DNA of 64,000 nt from an uncultured Gemmatimonadales bacterium. Its GTDB lineage: Bacteria; Gemmatimonadota; Gemmatimonadetes; Gemmatimonadales; GWC2-71-9. Where the stretch lies: positions 1,031,939-1,095,938 of the forward strand of contig CAWBHB010000001.1 of the NCBI GenBank assembly GCA_963788625.1. The letters run 5' to 3'. Below, one piece after another: positions 37,195 to 48,335 of the stretch (positions are counted from its first letter, which is position 1; the number at the start of each line of letters is the position of its first letter). The notes beneath the pieces are model-generated. The model saw only the letters and a list, made by a program, of their open reading frames with translations. It made no database searches and was not told where the DNA came from. The position numbers and the translations under genes were made by a program.

Positions 37195-37862
37195 AGCGCT
37201 TCTACACGGTGCTGGGTGTTCTGGGGGTGGCCGGTCTGGCGATCATCGGCTACCTGGTGATGCGGCGGCCGAGGATCAGCATCCCCGCCAACGTGCAGGT
37301 CCTCCCGGCGGACACGGCGGGGTTTCGCGGCTACTTCCTGGGCTCGGATTCGGCACCGCTCGAAATCACCGAATACGCGGACTATCAGTGTCCGGCGTGC
37401 CAGGACTTCGAGACGGTTCAGATGCCTTCGGTCGAAGAGCGCCTGATTCAGACCGGGCGTCTCCGCTGGCGCTATCGTGACTTTCCGCTGGACCAGATTC
37501 ACCGGCACACCAGGGTCGCGGCGCATTCGGCGGCCTGTGCGGACGAGCAGGGGAAATACTGGGAGCAACACCGGCGGATCTACTCCTGGCAGCCCGATTG
37601 GACCACCAAGAGCGACCCCAACGGGATCCTGCGGGACTACGCCAAGGCCAGCGGATTGGACGTGGCGAAGTACAATGCCTGCATGCAGTCGGGAAAATAC
37701 GCCGGACGGATCGAGGCCAGTTCGCGGGAAGGCGTCGCAGTGGGAGTGACCTCGACACCCACCTTCCTGATCGGCGGGCGGCTCTACCCGGGACGGATGG
37801 CGTATGACGAGATCAAGAAGCTGGTGGATTCCCTGAGCCCGGCCGCCGTGACCAAGCCATGA
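37176..37862 (+). CDS. DsbA-family thiol:disulfide oxidoreductase (membrane-anchored)
   Basis: 228 aa with an N-terminal TM segment and the thioredoxin-fold active site CPACQDFE. Confidence 0.8.
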   Translation: MAAGEMKRFYTVLGVLGVAGLAIIGYLVMRRPRISIPANVQVLPADTAGFRGYFLGSDSAPLEITEYADYQCPACQDFETVQMPSVEERLIQTGRLRWRYRDFPLDQIHRHTRVAAHSAACADEQGKYWEQHRRIYSWQPDWTTKSDPNGILRDYAKASGLDVAKYNACMQSGKYAGRIEASSREGVAVGVTSTPTFLIGGRLYPGRMAYDEIKKLVDSLSPAAVTKP

Positions 37863-38296
37863 AGTACCGCATGGCCGCAGCCGTGTTGAGCCTGGCCGGT
37901 TTCTTCGTGTCGCTCTACCTGTACCTGTACAAGATCGGTCGAATCGGCACGCTGGTGTGTGGCACCGGGGGTTGTGAGACGGTTCAGACCAGCGCGTTCA
38001 GCCGCTTTCTGGGGTTGGAGGTCGCGCTCTACGGTGTGGCGGGATACCTCGTGCTGCTGCTGCTGAGCATGGAGACCCTGCGCCGACCGGAAGCTCGTAT
38101 CAACTCGCTTCTCCTGTTGCTCCTCTCCGGTGTGGGCCTGTCCTTCACCGTCTATCTGACCTATCTCGAGTTGTTCGTCATCGAGGCCATCTGCCGCTGG
38201 TGCGTCGGCTCGGCCGTGATCATCACGCTGATCTTCGTCGTGGCCCTGCTCGACTGGCGCCGCCGGGCCGCGCAACCTGGTTCTCTACCGCAGTGA
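37859..38296 (+). CDS. Vitamin K epoxide reductase (VKOR) family protein
   Basis: 145 aa, 4-TM, with the loop cysteines CGTGGC and the CRWC active site. It overlaps the dsbA-like gene by 4 nt. Confidence 0.8.
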   Translation: MKYRMAAAVLSLAGFFVSLYLYLYKIGRIGTLVCGTGGCETVQTSAFSRFLGLEVALYGVAGYLVLLLLSMETLRRPEARINSLLLLLLSGVGLSFTVYLTYLELFVIEAICRWCVGSAVIITLIFVVALLDWRRRAAQPGSLPQ

Positions 38297-40221
38297 GCCC
38301 CGGCGCCGCGCCAGGCGGCACGCCGGCCCGCGGACGGGCGCTTGCCGCGCTCTCGCTCGCCGCTCTCGGAGTGGTCTACGGCGATATCGGCACCAGCCCG
38401 CTGTACGCGCTCAAGGAATGTTTCACTGGAGCCCATAGTATTCCCCTGACCAGCGACAACGTCCTCGGCGTCCTCTCGCTGATCTTCTGGTCGCTCAATT
38501 TCGTCGTCTCATTCAAGTACATCCTCTGCGTCATGAAGGCCGACAACCGCGGCGAAGGCGGGATCCTGGCGCTGCTGGCGCTGATCCGGCCGCGGCAGGG
38601 TGGCCATAGCCGCTGGGTGCTCATCACGCTCGGTCTGTTCGGAGCCGCGCTGCTCTACGGCGATGGGGTCATTACTCCGGCCATCTCGGTGCTGGGCGCG
38701 GTAGAGGGACTCAAGGTCGCCACGTCGACGCTGGAGCACTGGGTGTGGGTCATCACGATCGTCATCCTCGTCGTGCTGTTCATCTTCCAGGGTCACGGTT
38801 CAGCGCGGGTGGGAAGGGTCTTCGGCCCCATCATGGTGGTGTGGTTCATTTCGATCACGGTGCTCGGACTGGGAGGAATCGCGCGGTATCCCTCGGTGCT
38901 CCGGGCAATGAACCCGTGGTACGCGGTGGAGCTCTTCCTCCGGGATGGGGTCCAGGGATTCCTGATCCTCGGATCGGTGGTGCTAGTGGTGACGGGTGGT
39001 GAGGCATTGTACGCCGACATGGGACACTTCGGGAAGCGGCCGATCCGAATCGCCTGGTTCGGCCTGGTGCTTCCGGCCCTCATGATCAACTACTTCGGCC
39101 AGGGGGCGCTGCTGCTGACCCATCCGGAGGCGGCGACCAACCCGTTCTACGGCCTGGTGCCGCGCAGCGTACTCTACCCGATGGTGGTCGTGGCCACCGC
39201 GGCCGCGATCGTCGCGAGCCAGGCACTCATCTCGGGCGCGTTCTCCCTGACCCAGCAGGCGGTTCAACTGGGCTACAGCCCCAGGGTAACCATCAAGCAC
39301 ACCTCCTACACCGAGCGGGGCCAGGTCTACATCCCGGAGGTGAACTGGTGGCTGATGGTGGCCTGCATTGCCCTGGTTGCGACCTTCAAGACCTCGTCCC
39401 ACCTGGCGTCGGCCTATGGCATTGCCGTGACCGGGACGATGACGATCACGACGCTGCTGTTTTACGTGGTGACCCGGGAACGGTGGGGCTGGAGCCGGCT
39501 TCAGAGTGGTGCCCTCACCGCCTTGTTCCTGGTGGTGGACCTCTCGTTTCTCTCGGCGAATCTCATCAAGGTCGAGCAGGGTGGCTGGTTCCCCCTGGTG
39601 CTCGCCGCGATCATCTACACGCTGATGAGCACCTGGAAGCAGGGCCGCCGGCGCCTCAACGAAATCATGGAAGAGATCTCGCTTCCGATGGACCTGTTCC
39701 TGGGGGACGTCGCGAAACGGATCCCCACCCGGGTTCCAGGCACCGCGGTCTTCATGACTTCCAACGCGGGCGGCGCGCCGCCGGTGCTGCTGCACCACGT
39801 CAAACACAACAAGGTGCTGCATCAACAGGTCATTCTGCTGTCGGTCATGACCGAGGAGATCCCCCAGGTTCCGGAGGAGGAACGGCTCGAGTTCACCGAT
39901 CTGGGCCAGAAGTTCTACGCGCTCAAGGCCCACTACGGCTTCATGGAAACGCCGGATGTGCCGGCGGCGCTGCGGCTGATCCAGTCGCGCGGCGTGACGG
40001 TGCGCCCGCTCGAGACGACGTTCTATCTGGGACGCGAATCCCTGATTCCCGTTGCGCCGAGGGCCACCGCGGCGGAGGAGGGCACCACGCCGCCCAAGCG
40101 GATGGCGATGTGGCGGAAGCGCCTCTTCGTCCTGATGAGCCGGAATTCCCAGACCGCAACGGCGTTCTTCGGATTGCCGCCCAACCGGGTGGTAGAGATG
40201 GGAGCGCAGATACAGTTTTAG
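38293..40221 (+). CDS. kup: KUP/HAK/KT potassium transporter
   Basis: The start is taken at GTG 38293 (GTGA overlap with the VKOR stop). LGVVYGDIGTSPLYALKECF and the rest match Kup over about 640 aa. Confidence 0.9.
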   Translation: MSPGAAPGGTPARGRALAALSLAALGVVYGDIGTSPLYALKECFTGAHSIPLTSDNVLGVLSLIFWSLNFVVSFKYILCVMKADNRGEGGILALLALIRPRQGGHSRWVLITLGLFGAALLYGDGVITPAISVLGAVEGLKVATSTLEHWVWVITIVILVVLFIFQGHGSARVGRVFGPIMVVWFISITVLGLGGIARYPSVLRAMNPWYAVELFLRDGVQGFLILGSVVLVVTGGEALYADMGHFGKRPIRIAWFGLVLPALMINYFGQGALLLTHPEAATNPFYGLVPRSVLYPMVVVATAAAIVASQALISGAFSLTQQAVQLGYSPRVTIKHTSYTERGQVYIPEVNWWLMVACIALVATFKTSSHLASAYGIAVTGTMTITTLLFYVVTRERWGWSRLQSGALTALFLVVDLSFLSANLIKVEQGGWFPLVLAAIIYTLMSTWKQGRRRLNEIMEEISLPMDLFLGDVAKRIPTRVPGTAVFMTSNAGGAPPVLLHHVKHNKVLHQQVILLSVMTEEIPQVPEEERLEFTDLGQKFYALKAHYGFMETPDVPAALRLIQSRGVTVRPLETTFYLGRESLIPVAPRATAAEEGTTPPKRMAMWRKRLFVLMSRNSQTATAFFGLPPNRVVEMGAQIQF

Positions 40222-40347
40222 CCGTCAGCCGTCAGCCGTCAGCCGTCAGCCGTTAGCGTAGCATTAGCGATAGCATGGCCCTCAGTTAATCTGAGGGCCG
40301 TTCAGATCTGTGCTAGATCAGCTAATGGCTGAACGGCTGACGGCTTA
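40221..40347. repeat. Heptad-repeat hairpin E7: GCCGTCA x4 + degenerate units / two nested small hairpins / GCTAATG GCTGAAC GGCTGAC GGC
   Basis: Read directly. The inner 9-bp hairpin is ggccctcag ttaat ctgagggcc (40277-40299). It lies between the convergent kup and DUF411 stops, and both stops touch the arms. Confidence 0.85.
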
Positions 40348-40785
40348 GTGCTTCGCCCACACCGTCGTCTTGCCCGCCGCATCAAAGGCCAGCACCTCGT
40401 ACGGATCCTTGCTGGTATCCATGCCTGGTGAGGCACCCGGCATCCCTGGAGCCGCAAGGCCAGCGATCTTGGGCCGCTCCTTGAGCAGGCGCTCGATATC
40501 CGCCGCGGGGACGTGTCCTTCGATCACGTATCCGTCCACCAGGGCGGTGTGGCATGAGGACAAGGCCTTGGTGACACCCAGGTCGGCCTTCAGTTCCGTC
40601 AGATCGGATTGATCGATCGTCTTCACCGTGAAGCCCGCCGCCTTCACGTGGTCGACCCATTTGGAGCAGCACCCGCAGGTCGGAGTCTTGTAGACCGTCA
40701 TTTCGGGTAAGGCAGGAGAGGCGGAAAAGGCGGAAACGGTGATGGCCGAGACCGCCAGGAGAATTGCTAGAGGAGTGAATCGCAT
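40345..40785 (-). CDS. DUF411-family metal-binding periplasmic protein
   Basis: 146 aa with a signal peptide and the TPTCGCCSKWVDH motif of DUF411. AAGGAG RBS 11 nt upstream. Confidence 0.8.
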   Translation of the reverse strand: MRFTPLAILLAVSAITVSAFSASPALPEMTVYKTPTCGCCSKWVDHVKAAGFTVKTIDQSDLTELKADLGVTKALSSCHTALVDGYVIEGHVPAADIERLLKERPKIAGLAAPGMPGASPGMDTSKDPYEVLAFDAAGKTTVWAKH

Positions 40786-40832
40786 CAGTACACTTGCTCC
40801 TTGACTATGCTTTCTGAATCACAGTTTGGTTT

Positions 40833-40983
40833 GCCATTCCGCCATTCCGCCATTCCGCCATTCCGCCATTCCGCCATTCCGCCATTCCGCCATTCCGCCA
40901 TTCCGCCATTCCGCCATTCCGCCATTCCGCCATTCCGCTCCCTCGCTGCGCTCGGGACAAGCATTCCGCCATTCCGCCATCTC
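40833..40983. repeat. Octanucleotide microsatellite E8: (GCCATTCC) x13 perfect, 24-nt interruption, 3 degenerate units
   Basis: 40833-40936 is 104 nt of perfect 8-mers. 40961-40983 reads gcattcc gccattcc gccatctc. It has no inverted partner and no stop codon in any frame. It lies between the acs stop and the DUF411 start. Confidence 0.95.
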
Positions 40984-40986
40984 GCC

Positions 40987-42944
<1,958 letters not shown>

Positions 42945-43368
42945 GGGACTGGGGGCTGGAGGAAAGGGAAAGGTAAGGAAGAATCGGTCGCAGGGGAGCA
43001 GGAACCGGGGTATTTTGGTGGCTAGCAAAGCTCCCTGAAATACTGCGTAGTGCTAGGAAAAACGGGTCAATCCGGACCGACGGCAAATCGGTAAGATCAC
43101 TGTAGTCATAACGGCTTAAGGCTATTCTGGCACTGGACTCGCCAATTGCTATGGCCGGAACCCACAAGGGTTCCAAAACAATTGACTCGCCCGATAATAG
43201 CACACCCGGAGTGATCCGGGGCCGCAAAACTAGAGGTCTCAAGCGCGAGAGTGGCGCAAGAGATAGCTCGGTGCCGAAGGCGGGTGCAGCGCGAAAGCGC
43301 GAGCGTCCCGCGGGAGTAGCAGGCGGCGAACGATCGCGCTTCTGTGTATTCGGGCGTGGGAGGACACG

Positions 43369-44067
43369 ATGTTCACCACGCAAACGACGTCCCTGGAATT
43401 GGCAGCACCCGAGCATCTCGGCCTGGAGTCGCGCACCGAGTTCCGCCAGTCGGCGGTGAACCTGCTCGAGCAGCTGCCGGAGCGTACCGGTCGCCTGATC
43501 ATCGACCTGAGCGGTACCCGTCAGGTGGATTCGGCGGGCCTGGGCGCGCTCATGCTGGTGCAGCGACGGGCTTCCGAGCGACGCCAGGTGGTAGTGCTCA
43601 GGAACGCAAATGACGAACTTCGCTTCCTGCTGGTACTCACCAAACTGGACGACTTGTTCCAGCTGGAGGCCGCTGCTCTAAGGGCTATATTGGGGGGGAT
43701 GGCTCACCCCCCCGCGCGCCGGCGGGTTCTCTTCGTGGAGGACGAGCCGGCTATTCGCCTGAGCTACGAGCGGTACTTTGCCGCCCGGTACATCGCTTCG
43801 TTCGCGGCAACCGGTGCCGAGGCGATTCGGCTCGCTCAGGACCAGCCGCCTGATGTGGCCGTACTCGATATGCGGCTTCCCGACACCGACGGCATCGCGC
43901 TCATCCGTCGTCTTCGGGAAATCCAGCCGGCACTTCCCGTCATTGTCACCTCCGCCTACGTCAGCCTCAAGCCCCAGCTCAAAGTGCTGGACCTGCCGCA
44001 CAGCGGGTATCTGGTAAAGCCCTTCGATCTCTCCGAGCTCGGCGACCGGATCGATGCTCTCCGCTGA
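43369..44067 (+). CDS. STAS-domain / response-regulator receiver fusion protein
   Basis: 232 aa. The N-terminus LIIDLSGTRQVDSAGLGALMLVQRR is STAS-like. The C-terminus RVLFVEDEPAIR...VAVLDMRLPDTDG...GYLVKPF is a REC domain. The two are in frame with no stop between them. Confidence 0.65.
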   Translation: MFTTQTTSLELAAPEHLGLESRTEFRQSAVNLLEQLPERTGRLIIDLSGTRQVDSAGLGALMLVQRRASERRQVVVLRNANDELRFLLVLTKLDDLFQLEAAALRAILGGMAHPPARRRVLFVEDEPAIRLSYERYFAARYIASFAATGAEAIRLAQDQPPDVAVLDMRLPDTDGIALIRRLREIQPALPVIVTSAYVSLKPQLKVLDLPHSGYLVKPFDLSELGDRIDALR

Positions 44068-44770
44068 TCGGCCGGCGCTCGAGGCAGTCGGCCTGGAGCG
44101 CGCCTACGGGCCGGTTCGCGCGATTCGTGGAGTCGATCTCACTCTCGGCGCCGGCGAGGTGCTGATGGTGCTGGGGCCAAACGGAGCAGGGAAGACGACG
44201 CTGCTTCGGCTGCTGGCCGGTCTCATCAAGCCAAGCTCCGGCGAAGTGAGAGTCGTCGGCACCAGACTTCGTCCGGGAGAACCGGAGAGCCGCCGTCCGA
44301 TCGGGTTTCTCTCTCATCACTCCCTCCTCTACGACGACCTCACTCTCCTCGAGAATCTCGCTTTCGCCGCGCGGCTGTACGGACTCAACAATCCGGAACG
44401 CCGGGCCCGTGAGGCCCTTGCTGGCTTCGGGCTGGCCGAGCGAAGTGGAGACCTGCCGCGCGACCTGAGCCGCGGACTGGAACAGCGTGCGGCGATTGCT
44501 CGCGCGTTGCTCCACGACCCGGCGGTCCTGTTACTGGACGAGCCCTTCACCGGCCTCGACACCGGTTCGGCCCAGCTGCTGCGCACTCTGCTGCGGGAGC
44601 GATGTCTCGGAGGGCGCGCCGTCGTGCTGGTCACTCACCACCCCGCCGAGGCCTGGGAGCTGGCGACTCGAGTCGGGGTCCTTCGGAGCGGCCAGTGGGC
44701 TCTTCAGGAAGCGCGACCAGGGTCACTCGATCCGTTCGTAACCCGGTACCAGGAGCTGGCTCTTGGTTAA
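44054..44770 (+). CDS. ccmA: Heme exporter ATP-binding protein CcmA
   Basis: 238 aa with Walker A GPNGAGKTT, the signature-like LSRGLEQR and Walker B LLLLDEP. It is followed by ccmB and ccmC. Confidence 0.85.
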   Translation: MLSADRPALEAVGLERAYGPVRAIRGVDLTLGAGEVLMVLGPNGAGKTTLLRLLAGLIKPSSGEVRVVGTRLRPGEPESRRPIGFLSHHSLLYDDLTLLENLAFAARLYGLNNPERRAREALAGFGLAERSGDLPRDLSRGLEQRAAIARALLHDPAVLLLDEPFTGLDTGSAQLLRTLLRERCLGGRAVVLVTHHPAEAWELATRVGVLRSGQWALQEARPGSLDPFVTRYQELALG

Positions 44771-45444
44771 GAGTCTGCGCCTGGCCCTGGCCATCGCGGC
44801 CAAGGACCTCCGGGTCGAATTGCGGAGCCGCACCAGCTTCCTCTCCGCTGCGATGTTCGCGGCTTTGCTCCTCGTGGTGTTCAACTTCGCGCGAGATCCC
44901 ACCGCGGTGGCCACTATCGATCTCGCGCCTGGCATCCTGTGGGTGACCGTCGCGTTCGCTGCGGTAGTGGCGATGAACCGCGGGTTCGCCGTCGAACGGG
45001 AGAACCACGCCTTTGACGGCTTGCTCCTGGCGCCGGTCTCCCGGGAAGCGCTGTTTCTGGGGAAGTACCTGGCGAACCTGACCTTCGTGCTGCTGGTCGA
45101 GGCGATCGCGCTGCCCTTGTTCGTGCTGTTTTTCAACGTGGACTTGAGTCAGGCGCTGCCAGGCCTGCTGCTTACGCTTCTCCTCGCCACGGCGGGTCTG
45201 GTTTCGGTGGGCACGCTCTTCAGCGCCATCGTGGTGCGCACCCGTTTCGCCGAACTGATGCTCCCGGTGCTGCTGCTGCCGTTCATGGTGCCTCCCCTCG
45301 TCTTCGCGGTGCAGATTACCATGCGGCTGCTGACGCGGCCGTGCGTTGAGCGAGGTGGCGGGAGGGCTTAGGTTGCTGGTACTCTACGACGTGGCCTTCA
45401 TCACTGTCTCTCTGCTTCTATTCTCCGCCGTAGTAGACGAATGA
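44763..45444 (+). pseudogene. ccmB: Heme exporter permease CcmB, one frameshift near 45333 in this assembly
   Basis: Track ORF 44763..45371 ends ...ITMRLLTRPCVERGGGRA*. The +1 frame reads RGRALSEVAGGLRLLVLYDVAFITVSLLLFSAVVDE*, and its TGA (45442-45444) overlaps the ccmC ATG. Confidence 0.8.
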
Positions 45445-46139
45445 ACACCGACCCGACCCGGGCCCGAACCCTGATCCGCCGTGGCTGGTGGATCACGCTG
45501 ATAGCCCTCCTGGCGCTGGCAGTCATGGTGGTCCTCGCCCTGCGCTTTACCCCGACCGAGATCAGGCAGGGACTGGCTCAGAAAATCTTCTACATCCATG
45601 CCCCATCGGCGTGGTGCGCGTTCCTGGCGGTTGGCCTGACCGGCGTTGCCAGCATCCTCTATCTCTGGTTGGGCGATCAGCACTTCGACCGCTTCGCGGC
45701 GACTTCGGCGGAGGTCGGTGTGGTGTTCTGCGCGGTCGTGCTCACCACGGGGCCCATCTGGGGGAAGCCGATCTGGGGTGCCTGGTGGACCTGGGATGCG
45801 CGGCTCTCGCTGACCCTCTTTCTCTTCTTCCTTCTGCTCGGCTATCACGTCCTGCGAACCGCGATCCAGGTGCCCACCGAGCGGGCGCGGCTGTCGGCCG
45901 TCGTTGGCATTATGGCCATGGTGCTGGTGCCGTTCGTTCACTTGAGCGTCTATCTGTTTCGGGGTCTCCACCCAACACCCATCATCCTCAAACCCAGCGC
46001 GCCATCGCTCGACCCCGAGATGCTGCGGACGCTCCTGATCTCCTTCGCCTCTTTCACCCTGCTGTATGTCGGATTGGTGACGCTGGCCTACGGGCTCAGA
46101 CTGGCTCAGGAAGCCGGGGAGCGATCCACCGATGCCTGA
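45441..46139 (+). CDS. ccmC: Heme exporter protein CcmC
   Basis: 232 aa with a WGxxWxWD-type tryptophan-rich motif (GKPIWGAWWTWDARL). Confidence 0.9.
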   Translation: MNTDPTRARTLIRRGWWITLIALLALAVMVVLALRFTPTEIRQGLAQKIFYIHAPSAWCAFLAVGLTGVASILYLWLGDQHFDRFAATSAEVGVVFCAVVLTTGPIWGKPIWGAWWTWDARLSLTLFLFFLLLGYHVLRTAIQVPTERARLSAVVGIMAMVLVPFVHLSVYLFRGLHPTPIILKPSAPSLDPEMLRTLLISFASFTLLYVGLVTLAYGLRLAQEAGERSTDA

Positions 46140-46254
46140 GACCCCGGCCAACGGCGGTTACATGGTCGCCGCATATGTGGTGGCGGGACTGATCTACCTG
46201 GGATACGTGGTGGTGCTGTGGGGGAGGACGAGGAGGGTGATGAGGGACGACTGA
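46132..46254 (+). CDS. ccmD: Heme exporter protein CcmD (40 aa, not in the ORF track)
   Basis: ATG 46132 overlaps the ccmC 3' end by 8 nt. MPETPANGGYMVAAYVVAGLIYLGYVVVLWGRTRRVMRDD has a single TM segment followed by a basic tail, as in CcmD. Confidence 0.6.
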   Translation: MPETPANGGYMVAAYVVAGLIYLGYVVVLWGRTRRVMRDD

Positions 46255-46258
46255 GGGG

Positions 46259-46308
46259 TATTGAAGGATTGAAGATTTCAGATTCTGAAATCTTCAATCT
46301 TCAATTCT
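46259..46308. repeat. Heptad-repeat hairpin E9: ATTGAAGG ATTGAAG ATTTCAG A / TCTGAAAT CTTCAAT CTTCAAT
   Basis: The stem is nearly perfect, 16-17 bp with an axis at 46283, and extends outward with one bulge. It lies between the convergent ccmD and aqpZ stops. Confidence 0.85.
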
Positions 46309-46323
46309 TAACTTTTCTCCTTG

Positions 46324-46998
46324 CTACTCCTTACGCAGCAGCACCCTTTCCCAAATCTGCGCCGCGATCAACCCGCCAAGAATCGGGCCGATCCACCACA
46401 CCGGCTGAGCGTACCAGGTACCGGAGATGAGAGCCGGTCCGAATGCGCGAGCCGGGTTCATGACTGCGCCGGTCAGCGCGCCCCCCGCAATGATATCGAA
46501 AAACAGGACCATCCCGATGCCGAAGCCCCCGACCTTGGGCGCGTCGGGTGACACCGCCGTTCCGAAGACTGCCGAGACGAGGAAGAAGGTCAGGACGGCT
46601 TCCATCCCGATCGCCGTGCCCCAGGTCATGGTACTGCCCAGGCTCGGTGTGCCGAGTGTGATCGGGTGGGTGAAGGCGTGGCTGTACAGCAGCTTCACCA
46701 TTAGGGCGCCGAGGGCGGCACCACCCAGCTGCGCGACGATATAAAGGAGGGCCGACTTGGCGTCGATGCGGCGGACGCTGAGCAGGCTGAGCGTTACCGC
46801 CGGATTGAGATGCCCGCCCGAGATGTTCATCGTGGCCGTAATCATGACCGACAGCGCCAACGCGTGGGCGAATGCGACGCCGAGGATTCCGCCATCTCCA
46901 CCGACAATGCCGGCCACAGTGACGGAGGCGCATCCGATGAACACGAAACTGAAGGTACCGAGCGCTTCTGCCGTCAACCGGCGGGTGAGTGACGCCAT
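46324..46998 (-). CDS. aqpZ: Aquaporin Z (MIP family channel)
   Basis: 224 aa with two NPA boxes (HLNPAVTL, MNPARAFG). Confidence 0.9.
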   Translation of the reverse strand: MASLTRRLTAEALGTFSFVFIGCASVTVAGIVGGDGGILGVAFAHALALSVMITATMNISGGHLNPAVTLSLLSVRRIDAKSALLYIVAQLGGAALGALMVKLLYSHAFTHPITLGTPSLGSTMTWGTAIGMEAVLTFFLVSAVFGTAVSPDAPKVGGFGIGMVLFFDIIAGGALTGAVMNPARAFGPALISGTWYAQPVWWIGPILGGLIAAQIWERVLLRKE

Positions 46999-47067
46999 GG
47001 CTCCCGAGGGAAAGGGTGTAGGGCCGCCTAAGGGACGGTGAACTGTAAACGATGGCCCCCCGACGCT

Positions 47068-48319
47068 CTAGGGGTCGTTCCGCCGGAGCACCAGGCTGGC
47101 GTTTATCCCTCCAAAACCAAACGAGTTGGTAAGAATGAATTCGGGGTCGGCCTCGAGGCCTTCCCCGGCGATGTAGTCCAGGTCGCAGGCCGGATCCGGC
47201 TCCGCGAGGTTGATGGTCGGCGGCATCCAGCGACGGCTGCTGGCCAGGGCGCAGATCACGGCCTCAAAGGCTCCACTCGCGCCGAGGGCATGACCATAGT
47301 AGCCCTTCGTTCCACTCAACCTGAGGCTTCGGCTCGCTTCCCCGAAGACCTGCTTGATCGCCGTGGTCTCGGTGGGGTCATTGAGTGGCGTGGATGAACC
47401 GTGGGCATTGAGGTACCCCACCTCGCCCGGAGTCAATCGGGCCTCGGCGAGTGCCAGGGACATGGCCCGCGCCGCCTGGCGCCCATCGGGACGCGGCTGG
47501 GTCATGTGAAACGCGTCATTGGTAAGGCCGTAGCCACACACCTCGGCGTAGATCTTGGCGCCTCTGCTGAGAGCGCGCTGCCGCTCCTCGAGAACTACTA
47601 CTGCCGCGCCTTCTCCCATCACGAACCCATCTCGATGCCGGTCGAAGGGACGGCTGGCAGTGGCCGGATCGTCGTTCCGGGTGGACATCGCCCGGATGAT
47701 GGCGAAGGCGGCGAAGCAGAGGGGGGCCAGCGGTGCCTCGGCGCCGCCCGCAACCATTACATCCGCATCGCCCCGCACAATGGCGCGGAACCCGTCACCG
47801 ATCGCGATAGTGCCGGACGCACAGCTCATCCCATTGGTCGAATTTGGCCCGCAGAGCCCGAAATCGATCGCGATATTGCAGCTCGCCGCGCCGGCATATA
47901 CCTGCAACGCCAGCGTAGGATCGACGGCCCGCACTCCGCCTTCGACGAAGTGGCGGTGCTCGGCTTCGGCCCGGGCCACCCCGCCCAAGGCGGTCCCCAT
48001 CATGGCGCCGATCCGATCCCGGTCCTCCTTCGTGAGATCAATGGCGGCGTCGTTGAGCGCCATCCGGGTGGCGGCCACGCTGAACATCGAATACCGATCG
48101 AGCCGCCGGGCCCGTCGCTCTTCGATGTGATCGGTGGGATGGAAGTCGTCGACCTGTGCCGCGATCCGCGACTTGAATGGTGGTGGCGTCGAAGCGGGTG
48201 ATTTCTCGTACGGCCGAGCGGCGGCTCCGCAAACCATCCCAGACGCCTTCCACTCCGATGCCGATCGGGGTGATGGCCCCGATTCCGGTGATGACGACTC
48301 TTCGATGATTGTTTCCCAT
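47068..48319 (-). pseudogene. Beta-ketoacyl-ACP synthase (KAS I/II type), one frameshift near 48183 in this assembly
   Basis: The N-terminus MGNNHRRVVITGIGAITPIG...EITRFDAT (track 48038..48319) joins FKSRIAAQVDDF... in track 47068..48633. The Cys-His-His triad context is present (MSCASG, HMTQP, NAHGSSTP). Confidence 0.85.
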
Positions 48320-48335
48320 GGTACCTCGGTCTCGG

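Noticed and set aside
40833-40936. Possible CRISPR array, considered for this locus and for the heptad elements.
   Set aside because: The units are 7-8 nt with no spacers, there are no cas genes, and the periodicity is far below CRISPR repeat and spacer sizes.
43029-43368. tRNA or small RNA in the 340-bp acs/STAS intergenic region, and tRNAs elsewhere in the window.
   Set aside because: There is no T-loop (GGTTCGAAT-type) or acceptor-stem pattern. Only short GC hairpins are present. I cannot run covariance models, so an unclassified sRNA is not excluded.
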